A stretch of DNA of 64,000 bases from Selaginella moellendorffii (Eukaryota > Plantae > Lycopodiophyta), in contig NW_003314395.1 in NCBI RefSeq assembly GCF_000143415.4, positions 186,768 to 250,767 of the forward strand, read 5' to 3'. The notes beneath the pieces are model-generated. The model did not search any database. It saw only the letters and a program-made list of their open reading frames with translations, and was not told the DNA's origin. Below, in pieces: positions 33,816 through 47,993 of this stretch (its first letter is position 1; every line of letters starts with the position of its first letter). The translations under genes and the position numbers were made by a program.

Positions 33816-36144
33816 CTACTTTCGAGCCTTCTTCTTTCCCTTCTCCGTGACATCCCAAGCAGCAGAGCACAGCTTCTGCTGCAATTGCCGCTTCTCCGTG
33901 GGAGGCTTGAAGTTGAAACAGCCTGGAAGGAAGCCATCAAACCACAAAAGAGTGAGAACAAGATGGATGAATCTCCAAGCTTTTGCTGTGATCACCTGTG
34001 TCCGAGGGAGTCTCCTTAAAACCATCAAGGATTGCAATGATGCCTCCGTCCTGCAACGAAGAGGAGAAGCCGGTTCGGGAACCAAGAGGATCAAGAAGCA
34101 GCCTTACCTTGTCGTGAGCTATGGTCTGATTTCTCCAGTACGCCAGTGGAGGTACAAGCAGCCTTCCTGTAAATGTTCTAGAGCCGTCACCGAAATGATC
34201 CAGCTTTTATTCGAAAGTGCTTACCACTCCTGGAAGTCTTCAAACCATAAGCCTCGATCACCTCGTCTTGCTTCACACGGGACGCTGGCAGCGGCGGGGG
34301 CACATTCTGCGAACACATCAAGTCAGGGACATGCACAAGGAAAAGATTGGACTTACGGAGGAGCGCTTTGGTCTCCGCTTGGTACGTTTCGACTGGGCAG
34401 TAGACGCCCCGGCTTCAATCTGGTTGTTAGTGCCAGAGACCACCTGCTGTTTCATGCTATCCTGTCCCACTTCTTGAGGAGTAGCAAGCAACTCTGATCC
34501 TGCTTGCTCAGTTTGCTCACGAGCCTCTTTATCTTCCTCGATAGAGCTCGGCTCTCCCGAGTCCACTGGAGGTGGTGCCGGAGCTTCCGCTTCCTCCTGT
34601 GGAAGCTTGTTCTTCCTAGGCCGGCCACGCTTTCCTGACGGCTTCGACAAGGGCCTCTTCCGTCCCCTCGCCGGTGATGGCTTTATGCTCTTCCGCTGCT
34701 CGGCAATGGTGTCGTTGTTTTCAACCACGGACTCGGCCCGGGCCTCGACGGTATCTCTCGGCTTTGGGCTCGGCGGCTTCTCGGAACCTGGCCGTTCGTG
34801 GACTTCAGCAGCCACGGTATGTTCCGGAGATCCGGCACCTGCTTGTTTCAGAGTAAGTTCTGCCACTGTACGTTCTCGAGTTTCTGTTCCCACGTCTTGT
34901 TCTCGCTCTGTCCCGAAAAGTTCCTCCACGATGGCTTCGGCAGCAACATCAGCCTCACCTTCGGCAACCGGTTCTTTGCAAGTAATCTCTGCAACAGTAG
35001 CCACCTCATTCTGGACCTCAGTCACTACTATAATAGGTTCTGTGTCGCCATGAGCAACGGTAGTCTTCGTCTCCACACTTGGCTCTTTGCTGACCACTTG
35101 TGTTTCTGTTGTTGGTGATGCGGCTTGACTCTCACTCGCAGCTGCCCCTTTGCTGCTACAGGGACTTGATCCCCCGAGCGAGCGCTTAGTGTCGCCGACT
35201 TTCTTGGTCATTCTCGAGACTTCGGTGTCGTCTTGGAGAACTCTCTCCCACGTACACGGGAAACCGGAATAGAATATATCAGCGACCTGAAATTTGCAGT
35301 AAGAACCAAGTGAAGGAACAGCCAAACTAGACCAGCTTACCCAGGCTGAAAACCCATTGGCAATAGTTGTTTCCTCGTCCATGGACCCCATCAAACGAAC
35401 CTCAACTCCATCACAAGTTTTCAGTCTGCTCTTGTCAGTGCGCTGGGCAATCGGGCCAGTCTTTACGAATTCCGAGTCCATCCTAAAGCATAGAATGCTC
35501 AACAAGTATCCCGATAGCAAATGAAGAACTTACCCGTACTGAAAGCCACCCAAGGCTACTTGCAACCTTCCGGACGTAGTGTCGGATTCTTCGAGCTTGA
35601 TAAGAAACCATTTGTGCAGAACGATCTGGAAAGAACGATAGAACAACTCAAAAACCAGCAAAGAGAAAACCGGACGACAAAAAAGACAGAGCTTTCCACA
35701 ACCAAACTCTACCTGGAATTTTTTAGAACCCCTCCTATCTCCTCTCTTCTTAAACAAACCCACTCAAACAAGCAAAATCTCCCAGAACAAAGATCTCTAG
35801 CAAACCTGGTTCTCCGGTCGATATCTCGGCATGGAGCACGGCCACCGCCACAAAGAAGCCCTGTCGCCAGTACTACAAGGAGGAGACTCCACTGCGATAT
35901 CCCTCCGCAGCGTCATCTCCCGCTTGAGCGGCGTGGCCGGGAAGAGCATCCCGCCACCGCCGCAGCCACTCCAGTGCCCAGATTCCGCCGCCGCTCCTCC
36001 CGCCTCGCAAAAGAATTTGTGCGATTTGCCCCTGTACTCGTGCTTCGTGGCGCACGAGTGGCAGGAGCAAGCCTGCTGCTGCCGCGGATCCATGGATCTC
36101 CGCGACGGGATCATAGCGCGCGCGCGCCCGCCCCTGCTCTTCAC
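33816..36144 (-). CDS. KNL2: Kinetochore protein KNL2-like (SANTA domain plus CENPC-k motif)
   Basis: SANTA-type segments LHKWFLIK...KTGPIAQR...LKTCDGVEVRLMGSMD...NGF...FYSGFPCTW. C-terminal GLKTSRSG|RLLVPPLAYWRNQ. Confidence 0.8.
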
Positions 36145-36165
36145 TAAAACCCTACTCCACTGTCA

Positions 36166-36887
<722 letters not shown>

Positions 36888-38248
36888 GGCTCCTCCTCCT
36901 CCCTGCGCGGCGCTTTCGAAAGCAGTAAGCCCTAGAGAGCGGCTTCTAGGGTTAGGGCTTTACTGCAAAACCGCTGCCGTCGATCTGAAAATATTTGGTT
37001 TTGAAAGGACGGCCAGGATTTTTGTTGTATATACTATAAGATATTCTTTGTACGGCCTAGAATGAGGAAAGAACCATGCCTCAACTTTCAAAGGTAACCT
37101 TTCTTTTTCTTTTGAAGGGTTTGTTTGATATCTACTGTCTATTTTGAGAGTCTACTAAAAAAGTATAAATTTCAAAGTATAAAATGTAATTAAGAAGCTA
37201 AGCATATTATAACATTTTCAATGAAATATTTTTATTTCTATTTAATTCTCAGTTTCATATATTTACTAGCATTTGCCCAGCATATGTTGCCTAGTTAGCA
37301 AAATACTTTTTATATATTAAAAACGAAATTGGAATAGTATCAAAAAAACAAATATTGTATTCCACTTTGAAAGAAGAATTGGGTGAATATAAAAATCAAT
37401 TCTTGTAAACTTAATAATATAAATATTTACAACAAAATAAGTAAGAATAAATATTCATTAACAAAAATATTAGATACAAATTATTATTTGGAAATATGAA
37501 TATATTTGGAAAAATACCCTACCCAGAAAAAGTAAAAATGAAATTTATATTATTAAAAATATGTTATATGTAAATTTTATTTCTAGTTGGGATAAACTTA
37601 TATTAAGATTTTATCAAACAGAAAAGAATAATTACTAAGAATAATTATTACTCATTTTTATTAGCAAGACATTACTTAATTATGCTTTTTACTTAAACAA
37701 TAAGTTTACATTAATATATTATGACCCATATCCAGTCAAGAAAATAATTACTAACAAAATATTTTGTAAATATATATGCTATAGAAATTGTAATTCCATA
37801 GTATTATGTACTAATAAACTATCATTACAGTTAGGAATAAGAATTTAAAATATTACAGCTTTAATCAAGTGTTGCATACATTATCTTAGTTTTTCTGAAT
37901 GAGCTAGATTGTAAGTAGCTAGGGCTATATAAAAAAAATATAATATATACTCCTATTGTTGATGCTTGAAATTTTGATCATGATCCTACACATTTATAAA
38001 ACTACATCTATAAAACTAAGTCAACCCACATTTGATATACTATTATTTGGTGTTGGGTTTAATATGTTATAGTGATATTTAAATAGGCTATCGAATATAT
38101 TTTAGTTTATTCTTACAAAATAAGATTATCCTAGAATACAGTTTTCTTATTATATTTACAAATACTGTTAACTTAAATTATAAAATTTCATTGTGACCTA
38201 AAATATTCAAAGATTATAATAATTTATAAAATAGAATAAGTTTAGATA

Positions 38249-41200
38249 TGTGAGTGCATGGAATATGGAAAAGGAATACAGAAATGTGAATATCAATTAG
38301 CCCAAAAACCCTAAGCGAGTGGTCCGAATTAAAACCAATCTGACAACTACCATAATCCCACTATGTTAATATTAATATACGGCATCATAGCTGTATACTT
38401 GGCCCTCACATCATCCCCTCCTCTCGGAATAATGGAAGACTATTAGGGTTCTCTTGTAGACGGGTTGGGATCTGGAGGAACATTAGGAGGAGGCATCGGC
38501 AGATCTGTAGGTGGTATTAACTGCTCATGATCCCTTTGTATGAAACGTTTCAATCGCTGCACATGCACAATCTCTAGAGGATCAGCCTGCTGAACATCAT
38601 GCCAAACCTTATAAACTTGTGGTCTAACTTGCTGCAACACTTGATATGGTCCTTTCCACTGTGCAAGGAGCCCCTTAGATAAACCACATACCATAAGATG
38701 GGGAAAACAGACTAACACCAAATCATTCACATTGTACTCCGCAGGTGGACAATGATAAAAGTTGTACCGCCATTGTTGTCCCACTTGTACGCAGCCTAAG
38801 TGTTCGGCAGACTCCGTTCGGACAAGTGGAAGAATGCTCATCAAATACTGATCCCATGACCTAGCATCTGCAGGTCGTGGCAATCGCAAAGGTAAACCCC
38901 GCTCCATTGGTAATATTGGATCATGACCATATAGGAGTTTATATGGTGAAGCACCTATAGAACTCTACACCTTTGTGACATATCCATACCGAAGAGACGG
39001 CAAATAACCATTCCAATTCGAATGCTAAAAGTTCACATACTTCGCAATCATCCCCTTGAATGTCCAAACGAGCCGTTCCACCAGACCGTCTGATTGTGGA
39101 TGATAAACACTCGTGAAAGTGTGGCATATCCCTAACCAAGACATCAAAACATGAAATGCCTCAACCATAAATCCAGGACCATTATCCAAAAGAATCCATT
39201 TAGGACAAGAATGTTGGAACACCACTCGATTAAGGACGAAGTATCTAACAGCAGTTGCAAAGGTGTTAGCAAAAGCACCAATTTCCACCTAACGAGTCAA
39301 GTAGTCAGAAGCAATAATAACATACTCATTATCAGTAGTTGACCGTGGGAAAGGTCCCATAAGATTAAACGCCACCAACTCAAATGGACGGGAAACTGCA
39401 ATTGACTCCAACCGTCCTTCCGCAGCTTGAGGGGGAGTAGTACGAGCTTGGCACCAAACACAACTACGCACATACTGAATAATATCACATCGCATCTCCA
39501 GCCAATAAAAAGACCTACGCAGCTTCTCGGTTACACAACGATGTCCCATATGCCCACCTAGAACAGGAGAATCATGGTAGGCATGGAGAAACTGCGGAAT
39601 AAAGATAGAAGGCACCACCAGCCATAAATGATTATCAGGATCCATCCCCACAAAATAAAGAAGGCCGTCTTCAAGGTGATATTGAGAATGTAAATGCCGA
39701 AAAGGCAAGTCATCAGCAAGTGATGCAAGATTCTCAAACCCATCTTGAAGCCTTCGAATCCATGGCTTAATCTTTTGAGCCTCGCAAACCTCATCAAGAG
39801 AAGGTAGATCTTGCTTTGCGCCTTGTGGACACTAAACGTCAGGTACAGCAACTGCCAATGGCACAGAATCCTCGTCTAGAAAATCCATAGAGGTTGGAAC
39901 AATAGGCTTATCAGAAACATGAGAAGAGAATGAAAAAGGAAAAGGAGCTCGAGAAAGGGCATCAGCATCAGCCATAGAATTCCCTAGATGATGAACAACA
40001 TCAAAATCATATATCTGAAGTTTCAAAACCCATCGAGCAGAACGATCAACCAAGTTCTCCTGCTTCAATAATGAAGTAACAACAGCATAATCACTTTCAA
40101 GTAACATTCGAGAATAGATATACATGAAGTTTCTCGAAACCCCAAACTGCTGTTAAACACTCTTTCTCTATCGTGGAGTAGTTCATTTCCGCTAATTGTA
40201 ATGTACGGCTTATATACGCAATGGGATGGTGCTAACCAGGCACATTTGAGCTCTCTTGCATCAACACACCTCCAAGACCAAAGTCAGAAGCATCCATGTG
40301 TAAAATAAAAGGTCGAGTGTAGTCAGGATATGCCAAAACGGGAGGAGTTGTCAATAGCTCTTTGAGATCCCCGAATGCCCGCTCACAACCTGGAGACCAG
40401 ATGAAAGATGATGTTGATGACTTCAGCAACACTTGCAATGGTGCAGTGCAATAAAAAAGATGATCCACAAAACGACCGAGATACTGCACCTTGCCCAAGA
40501 AGCACTGCACATCATTCACACACTTCGGAGTAGGGAACTTTAGAACAACCACAAGATTGTCAGGATCAACTTGCAAACCCTCACGAGAAATACGGTACCC
40601 AAGATAAGTTGCATCCTTGGACCCAAACACGCACTTCGACCGCTTCAGCTTTAAACCAATGTTGCGTAGCCGATCCAACACTTTACACACATCACAAATA
40701 TGCTCTTCTCACGTCCCTTTCGTGAATCAAGACATCATCAATGAAGTCAGCAGTCACCTTTGGCATATCACAAAGAACTTCGTCTATCATCCGCTAGAAA
40801 GTTGTTGGAGCATTTGTAAGCAACCAAAGGGAACGACTTGAGAGACGATCCATGAGGTTCAAATATAGAAGGAAAGGGCCCATGAATAAGAGTGCACCCT
40901 CTTTTCCAATCAGTTAAGGGTCTTGGGATATTTGGGGTTAAGCGTCCTTGGGTTTGAATAGTACTAGGCTGGGTGACTTGCTGGGAAGTCCAAACTCATG
41001 AGCTTACATTTGGTATCGAAGCGGTCTCGGGTCCAACTCTATTGGTTGGCTAAGAGAATCACACCACATATTGATTGACATCTGGCTGGTCCATTTGGTA
41101 TCGGAGTGGTCTCGGGTCCGACTCTGTTGGTTGGCTAAGGGAATCACACCACATGTTGATTGACATCTGGCTGGTCCAGTTTGCTCCCGCTGGGCTCGAC

Positions 41201-44200
41201 CCGAGGGGTAGGGTGTCAAGAGAGCGGGGCTCTCGGGAGAGCTGCGGCTCTCAGCTTCCGTTCACGAGGGCGTGAACTTGCAGGGAAGCGTGGTGGATTG
41301 TAAACAACCAAAGGGAATGATTTGAAAGATGATCCGTTAGGGTTCAAAGATAGAGGGAAAGGGTTTATGAACAAGAGTGCACCCCCTTTTCCAATCGGTT
41401 AAAGGTCTTGGGATACTTGGAGTTAAGCGTCATTGGGGTTGAATAGTACTGGGCTGGGTGACCTCCCGGGAAGTCTAAACTCAAAAAGCTTACATTTGGT
41501 ATCAGAGCAGTCTCGGGTCTGACTCTGTTGGTTGGCTAAGGGAATCACACCATATGTTGATTGACATCTGGCTGGTCCAGTTTGCTCCCGCTAGGCTCGA
41601 CCCGAGGGGTAGGGTGTCAAGAGAGCAGGGCTCTCGGGAGAGCTGCGGCTCTCAGCTTCCGTTCACGAGGGCGTGAACTTGCAGGGAAGCGTGGTGGATT
41701 GTAAGCAACTAAAGGGAACGACTTGAGAGACGATCCATGAGGTTCAAATATAGAGGGAAAGGGCCCATGAATAAGAGTGCACCCCCTTTTCCAATCAGTT
41801 AAGGGTCTTGGGATATTTGGGGTTAAGCGTCCTTGGGTTTGAATAGTACTGGGCTGGGTGACCTCCCGGGAAGTCCAAACTCAGGAGCTTACAGCATTGT
41901 TCAAACCAAACGGCATCACCAATAACTCATACAAACCAAACGATGTACAAAAAGTAGTCTTAAGAATATCTTCTTCAACCATCGGTACTTGCCAGTACCC
42001 AGAAGCAAGATCTAGCTTAGTGAACCAACGACTTTGGCCCAGACGATCCAAAAGATCAGCAGTGTGAGGAAGAGGGTACATATCCGGGATCGTCACTTCG
42101 TTTAATTGACAATAGTCAATGCAGAAATGAATACTCCCATCAGGTTTTGTCACAAGATGAGGTTCACATGCCCAAGGACTTCGCGACTTTCGAATAACAC
42201 CCTTCTCCAACATTTCCTTGACGTTTGCACGTAAAATCTTGATCTCCATAGGTGACTGACGACGAACAGGAATCTTGATTGGACGAGCATCCCCGATGGA
42301 AATCGGATGACGTGTGGCAATCTTGGCCCCAGACGATAAGTCAAATTCAAAGAGATCAGAATACTCCTTGATAAGCTGGTCAACAGCTGCAACACAAAAA
42401 TCATCAGAGGGATCGGAAAAGGGAAGAGCAGAATAAGATGGAAACACAGGAGGAAATAGTGGGGGAACAAAGGTAATAGAAGCAGAGGTAGAAATACAGG
42501 GACGAAGAGGTACGGAAGTGAGAGGAATGGATGAAACATAAAGAAGTATGAGACAAGGGGGAAAAGCCTCAAAGTCAAACTTGGCATGATTGTGCTGCAA
42601 TCAATCCATATTAAGAATGAGGTCAAAAGCTTGACTTGGCACCACCCGCAACGATTGCAACTCAAGCTCGAGATTGTCCACACACACAACCAAGTCCACC
42701 TCATCTTGTGCACATGCATGTGTACGGCCGTTGCCATAAAGAATGAAAACTGAATCCGCCGCACAACACAAGTGTAGACAACAACGTGTGGCAATAGGTC
42801 AAGCAATAGAAGATAAACTCGAACCTGTATCAACCAACATGGAGAGAATAATAGGAGACCTCTTGTTATAAAAACGAGCTTGGAAAGTAAACACTGGATG
42901 AACCAATGCCGAGTGAACCCCTTGATGATACTCCCGAAAGAAAGATGGAGAGGTCACTAACTTATTTGCACAAGGTCCCTTTGTTACTCGCACGACTCCC
43001 CATTTCCCGGATGCACCTCGATGTCCAAGCCTTCCACTGCAGCAGCACCAACGAGACGTTGCTGACGCCAAGGTCTCCACCCAGGAAATGGAGGTTGCCA
43101 ATCCAAAAAGCGCCGACAACATTGATAAGTATGACTAACTTCATCACATGCCTAGCAATGAACATCATGGCCACGACCACGTCCTCGCCTTTATCCTTGG
43201 ACTCGAGTAGCAGCAGCATCAACCTCCATTGGAACAGGACCATCACTCATAGGAAATGGAGCTGAAGGACGTGTAGCGAAAAGTGGAAGAGGTGATGTCT
43301 CATAACGTTGTGCCAAGCGAAGAGCATCATCAAGGGTGGCAGGAGTAAGTGCATGCATAAATCTGACAAGATTTTGACGAAGTGCTGACCATAACATTCC
43401 TAGCTTGATCCACTCCGACATATTGGGCTCTGTATGAAGCAAAAGACTTCGGAAATGAACGCCAAATTGCATCATTGACTTAGATGGCCCTTGGCGAAGA
43501 TGATGCAATTATTGGAAGGCATCATCACAATCATCGGCATGTCTGAAGGCGCATTTGAAGATGTCCAGAAGAACACTCCAATCCCCACAAGTGGCTGCGC
43601 TCAATCCATTGTACCACTGCAACACCGTCCCTTGGAGACACATGGGGAACTCACGCAAACATTGAGCATCATCCTAAAAATGATATGTGGCAATCACTGT
43701 GAAGTGATTGAACCAATGGTACACATCATCCCCAAGATTCCCATGAAAGAAGTCTGGCCGAACACAAGGATTGGCACCAAGAGCAAGAGAAGTTGGACCA
43801 CATGCTGTGAATGCCGCCATTAATTGAGTTTGGTTGGTCAATTGCAAGCATATAGCATCAAACAATTGAACCAACTGCTGCTCTAAAGTCAAAGGGGGAG
43901 ATTGCTGATCTACCATGAAGATGAATGAAAAAGAAAGAGCAAAAGAAGAGAAATGACAAAAAGCTGGAAGGAAATGGTAAATCTAGACAATGCAAAAAAC
44001 TAAATCTAAACCAAAATCCTGAAAGGAAAGAACAAAAGAAAGGAAATGAAAAAAGTTAGATCTAGACAATGCAAAAGTTAGATCTAAACCGAAATCCCAA
44101 ATCTAAGCACTCTCCAAGGACAATCAAAGATGCCCCTCATCTCCACCAATGTGAGTGCATGGAATATGGAAAGGGAATACAGAAATGTGCATATCAATTA

Positions 44201-44317
44201 GCCTAAAAACTCTAGCTTATATACAAGAGCAACTGGTCCAGATTGAAACCAATCCAACCGCTACCAAAATCCCACTACACTAATATTAGTATATGGCATC
44301 ATAGCCATACACTTGGC
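38249..44317 (-). mobile_element. Degenerate Ty3/Gypsy LTR retrotransposon (gag-PR-RT-RH-INT, no chromodomain)
   Basis: LTRs at 38249-38410 (TG...CA) and 44150-44317 (end clipped). PPT next to 38411. PBS TGGTGGAGATGAGGGGCATC at 44148-44129. TSD AGATA on the left, GATA remnant on the right. Motifs LVDTGS, KLDLASGYWQV, MPFGL, DASDFGLGGVL, HxxxxxxxH...CxxC and GPY; many stops. Confidence 0.92.
40815..41893 (+). mobile_element. Cassandra TRIM tandem array (LTR-int-LTR-int-LTR) nested in the Gypsy RT
   Basis: Three ~194-bp TG...CA LTRs (40815-41008, 41299-41494, 41700-41893), each containing 5S-rRNA-like GTTAAGCGT...TAGTACT(A/G)GGCTGGGTGAC...GGGAAGTC. PBS TGGTATCAGAGC (iMet), purine-rich tract before LTRs 2 and 3, and 5-bp TSD GCATT. 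Confidence 0.93.
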
Positions 44318-44865
44318 GATAAAGTTGATTAATTTATTAGTAAAGCATTAAAAATGTTCACTTAAAAATAAATATTCATAAAGGTGTTTAATGGTAACTG
44401 TTAACCTCATGTTTAAAATGTAAGTTTCATGCCCATGTCATTACTATAATTGCCCGATCAATACATCATTAATAATCATTACAAAGAAGAAAAACATATG
44501 AGAGCTCTTCTCTAGTGGCCACGCTCACTTCTGTTGTCATTGGCGGAGGTGCCGTTGCTGCCGCTAGGGGCTTGGGAGTGGATCTAGAGCCCGCAGCTCC
44601 AAATCTGCTGTTGGCAGGGATTGGGAGCCGCAATTTCACTAATGTAGTGCATTTTATTTCTCTCCCCTTAAGCCAACTGGAAAAAGAGCAATTGCTTGAT
44701 GAGAGAGCCTTTAGTGGCTATTTTATCCCCATTTATCCCCCAAGGTTCCAAGGATCCACGGTGACAGTATATCTAAATCTTATTGACTATTGACTAACAA
44801 CCCTTACTGAGCCAAGGGGAACCAACACCTCCATTTCCACACTAAATCTACCAATCCTTCTATTG

Positions 44866-45166
44866 TGTACATTCGTTCATGGATACTCCACACAAGAGGA
44901 AGGACATACGCATGGATGGATATTCCACACAAGAAGAAGGAGATAGTACATTCGTTCATGAATACTTCACACAAGAGGAAGGACATATGCATGGATGGAT
45001 ACTCCACACAAGAGGAAGGACATAGTACATTCGTTCATGGATACTCCACACAAGAGGAAAGACATACGCATGGAAGGACATACGCATGGATGGATACTCC
45101 ACACAAGAGGAAAGACATATACATGGATAGATACTCCACACAAGAGGAAGGACATACGCATGGATG
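44866..45166. repeat. Minisatellite, ~37-45 bp unit (CATGGATGGATACTCCACACAAGAGGAAGGACATA..), ~7 copies
   Basis: Visible directly. Bracketed by diverged ~110-bp direct repeats at ~44660-44769 and ~45300-45411. Confidence 0.85.
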
Positions 45167-46141
45167 CCCAATATGTATGATTTCAAATTTAGGGGTAAAA
45201 ATATACTTTGCTCAAGGATATATTATATTTTTAAGTAGTCACTAATCAATGGGAATCGACCCGTGCCATTTGCTCCAATACCAACTGGAGCGCACCTTAT
45301 CTCTTTCCCATTAAACCAACTAAAAAAGGGGCAATTACTTGATAAAAGAGCCCTTAGTGGTTATTTTATCCCCATTTATCTTCCAAAGTTCCAAAAATCC
45401 ATGGTGACAGTCATCCCATGATCCCATGCGTTACACCTAGCCATTTACTCGCTCTCCTTTAGCACTATGCCCTTTCCCTCAAGCACTAGTGGAGAATGCT
45501 AGGAGCAATGGTGGCGAGACTATAGAAAGGCATCCCATCAAGCTCCGGATCTGCTGCTAGCACTTGTTCCCGCAGGGATTGCTGTGGCGATTGAGTGGGA
45601 TCTTTACCTGGGAGATTTGGGAGCCGCAGCTTCACTAGCCATTTACTTGAGTGCATCGCTCTCTTGCCCTTTCTCTAAAGCAGTGGTGCTTCATGTTGGG
45701 AGGGTTTTTGCAGGAAAATTTAAAATTCAAAAAATCTCAAGAAAAATCTGTATGTAAGTTTGGACGATGATAGCAATTTCAGGAAAGACACAATTCTGGT
45801 CAACACTTTGCATGTGCCACGTGTTGCCACACCTTCTTCTCTTGCCCCACTTGGCTTGGCCGCCTCCCGGGAGCAAACATCAGCGCAATTATTCGCTAAC
45901 ACGTAGTTAAAGAAATAACCCCTTTACAGTTACCCCCCCATCAGACGGCTGTGATTGGCTGGATCCGGCGGCCCAGAAAGTTCCTCCTTATTGTGATAGA
46001 TATTTATAAATAAACATGCATTTTGATTAAAAAAAACTTGAAGCAGTGAGATATTTTATAAATGCTAGACCACTAACCTTCAAGAGTTTGGTAGTACAAA
46101 AATACACATTTTAGTTAACAACACAAACCACAGAAGTTTTT

Positions 46142-47993
46142 CTAGCGAGGAACTTGAGGCGCTGGAGGATAGAAGTTAATTCCTGGAGGGATTTGAAGCG
46201 AGTGATACGACGGCGCTGGAGCACAGACCGGTGGTAGCGGAGGGCCTGGCGGGAGCGGCGGGAGTTGAGGCGGCGGCTGCTGTGGCGGCGGTGGCGGCGG
46301 CGGAGGTTGTCCCATCCCTGGATATGGATACGGCATTCTCAAGTTAGCGGTGCTCAAGAACTGTGAGTGCTGTGGCTGGAAACTCGAGTGAAGAACTTGA
46401 GCTTGTGGTGGCGGCGGCGCTTGCGAGTGAAGAACTTGAGCTTGCGGTTGCGGCGGTGCTTGCGAGTGGAAAGGTTGAGCTTGCGGAGGTGGCGCTTGCG
46501 AAAACGCTGGATGGATAAACTGCTGTGCGAGGCCTTGATTCGTGCTGCCGCCGCCGCCGCCGCTGCTGCTCGAGTCGACGAGCTTGGGCCTCTTGTTGTC
46601 CGGCTGGAAGCCGAACTCTTCCGGTGTCAGTGACGAGAAAATTGACGAGAGCATGGCTGCCGAGGACGACGAGGCAGCGAGTTTTGCTGCAACCTCCGCC
46701 GCTGTAGGAGTTTCCTTGACTTTCTTGCTTCCGTCGTCTATGGAAGCCATGCTTTGGACGACTGGAGGAAGCGGGCTCGGTGTCACGGATGGGAGAGCTT
46801 GTGTTCTCGTCACCGGCTTGGCTGGAGAAGAAAATTCCTGAAAGAACGAAGATTTATGCTTATAGGACAACAAAAGAGAAACCACATTTCTCACCTCTAT
46901 CTGGCATCTAACGAGCTCCAACTTTCTCTCCTGTGCGAGTAAAAATTTGTATTTGTTACAGGAACAAGCGCAGAAAGAAAGAGTGTTACCTGGTCTTCAA
47001 GAGCTTCCCTTAAGTAAGTTACAAGTTTAGACCGACTCCTTTCGATGGTTTCGAGCTGCTCGACCAGCTGCGAGAGATTTCCTCGCTGCTGTTGCAGCTC
47101 ATCGCGCACAGTGGAATTTTCATTTTCCTGGCCTGCAAAATCATAGCGAAAATGCTATGAGAAACAAAGCACAAGTATTCCTCACCGTGGCTGGCAGCCT
47201 CCTTGCCTAACGCTTCTATTCGCCGTTTAATAGAGTTACATTCTTCGATCGTGGCTTCTTCATTAGAGAGACCGTCGTTTACATCCTGGAATGCTTTGGC
47301 CACCTTCTCAAGGATGCTACCGTCTAGTTTCTGTCACGTAGAAGCGAAAAACAAAAGCTATGATTTTAGAAGCTGAGCTCGGGAATAGTCTCTTACGATC
47401 TTTATAAAACTCGAAGAAGTGGTTGGTTTGTCCTTCCCTTTCTCCTTTTCTTTATCCGGGATCTCGAAGTCCGGAACTGGATTATTTCCCAACAGAGTCT
47501 CTTTGAGGCTTTGTGCACGAGAGCCAAAGACTTTTCTTTCCTCCCATATGTTTACCTGCGCAAAAACAATGTAGAAACAACGTTAAAACTCCGGCTCAAA
47601 GCAAACTAATGACTTACAAGTCGAGAGACTGCGTTGCGGCCATTCTCGTCTCCATTTGCTTTCACGTCCTTGAGAGCCCCGTTCAACACCTTCCAAAACT
47701 CCGACACAAACTCCGATCCTTTCCTCCGGCTGTTCTGTATGATGTCGTTCGCGAGATACAGAAACGAGACGCGCTTCTCTTTCGGTGCCGAGAAAAACTC
47801 CTTCTCCCAGGTCTTGGCGATCTGCTTTGCTCGCTTGCGATGATAGATGCACCAGTGTGACAGAGCTGCAAACGAAAACCCGCGTAAAGCGAACGAATTT
47901 CATGGAAACGAACTTACTTTCAATACTTTGCTGCGAAGCGTTTAGCTTGATAAGCTTCTCGGACAGGACTTCCACTGAAAACGCTCCAGTCAT
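46142..47993 (-). CDS. CID-domain (RPRD1/CREPT-like) RNA polymerase II CTD-binding protein
   Basis: MTGAFSVEVLSEKLIKLNASQQSIE|..LSHWCIYHR...FLYLANDIIQNSRRKG. Coiled coil, AAEVAAKLAASSSSAAMLSSIFSSL motif and a Pro/Gln-rich tail. Confidence 0.88.

Larger units (their letters stand above)
37266..46000 (-). mobile_element. Putative non-autonomous Helitron hosting the Gypsy and Cassandra elements
   Basis: On the minus strand, 5' end A|TCTATCACAATAAGG at 46000 and 3' end ...GCAACATATGCTGGGCAAATGCTAG|T at 37266 (imperfect hairpin plus CTAG, A^T target). AT-rich interior with a minisatellite; no Rep/Hel ORF seen. Confidence 0.45.

Noticed and set aside
40940-41878. 5S rRNA genes
   Set aside because: Only ~55 nt of the internal 5S region, embedded in TG...CA LTRs with PBS and TSD. 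These are Cassandra LTRs, not rDNA.
44866-45166. CRISPR-like array or repeat-protein ORFs
   Set aside because: Units are contiguous without unique spacers and the DNA is eukaryotic. The ORFs are by-products of a minisatellite.
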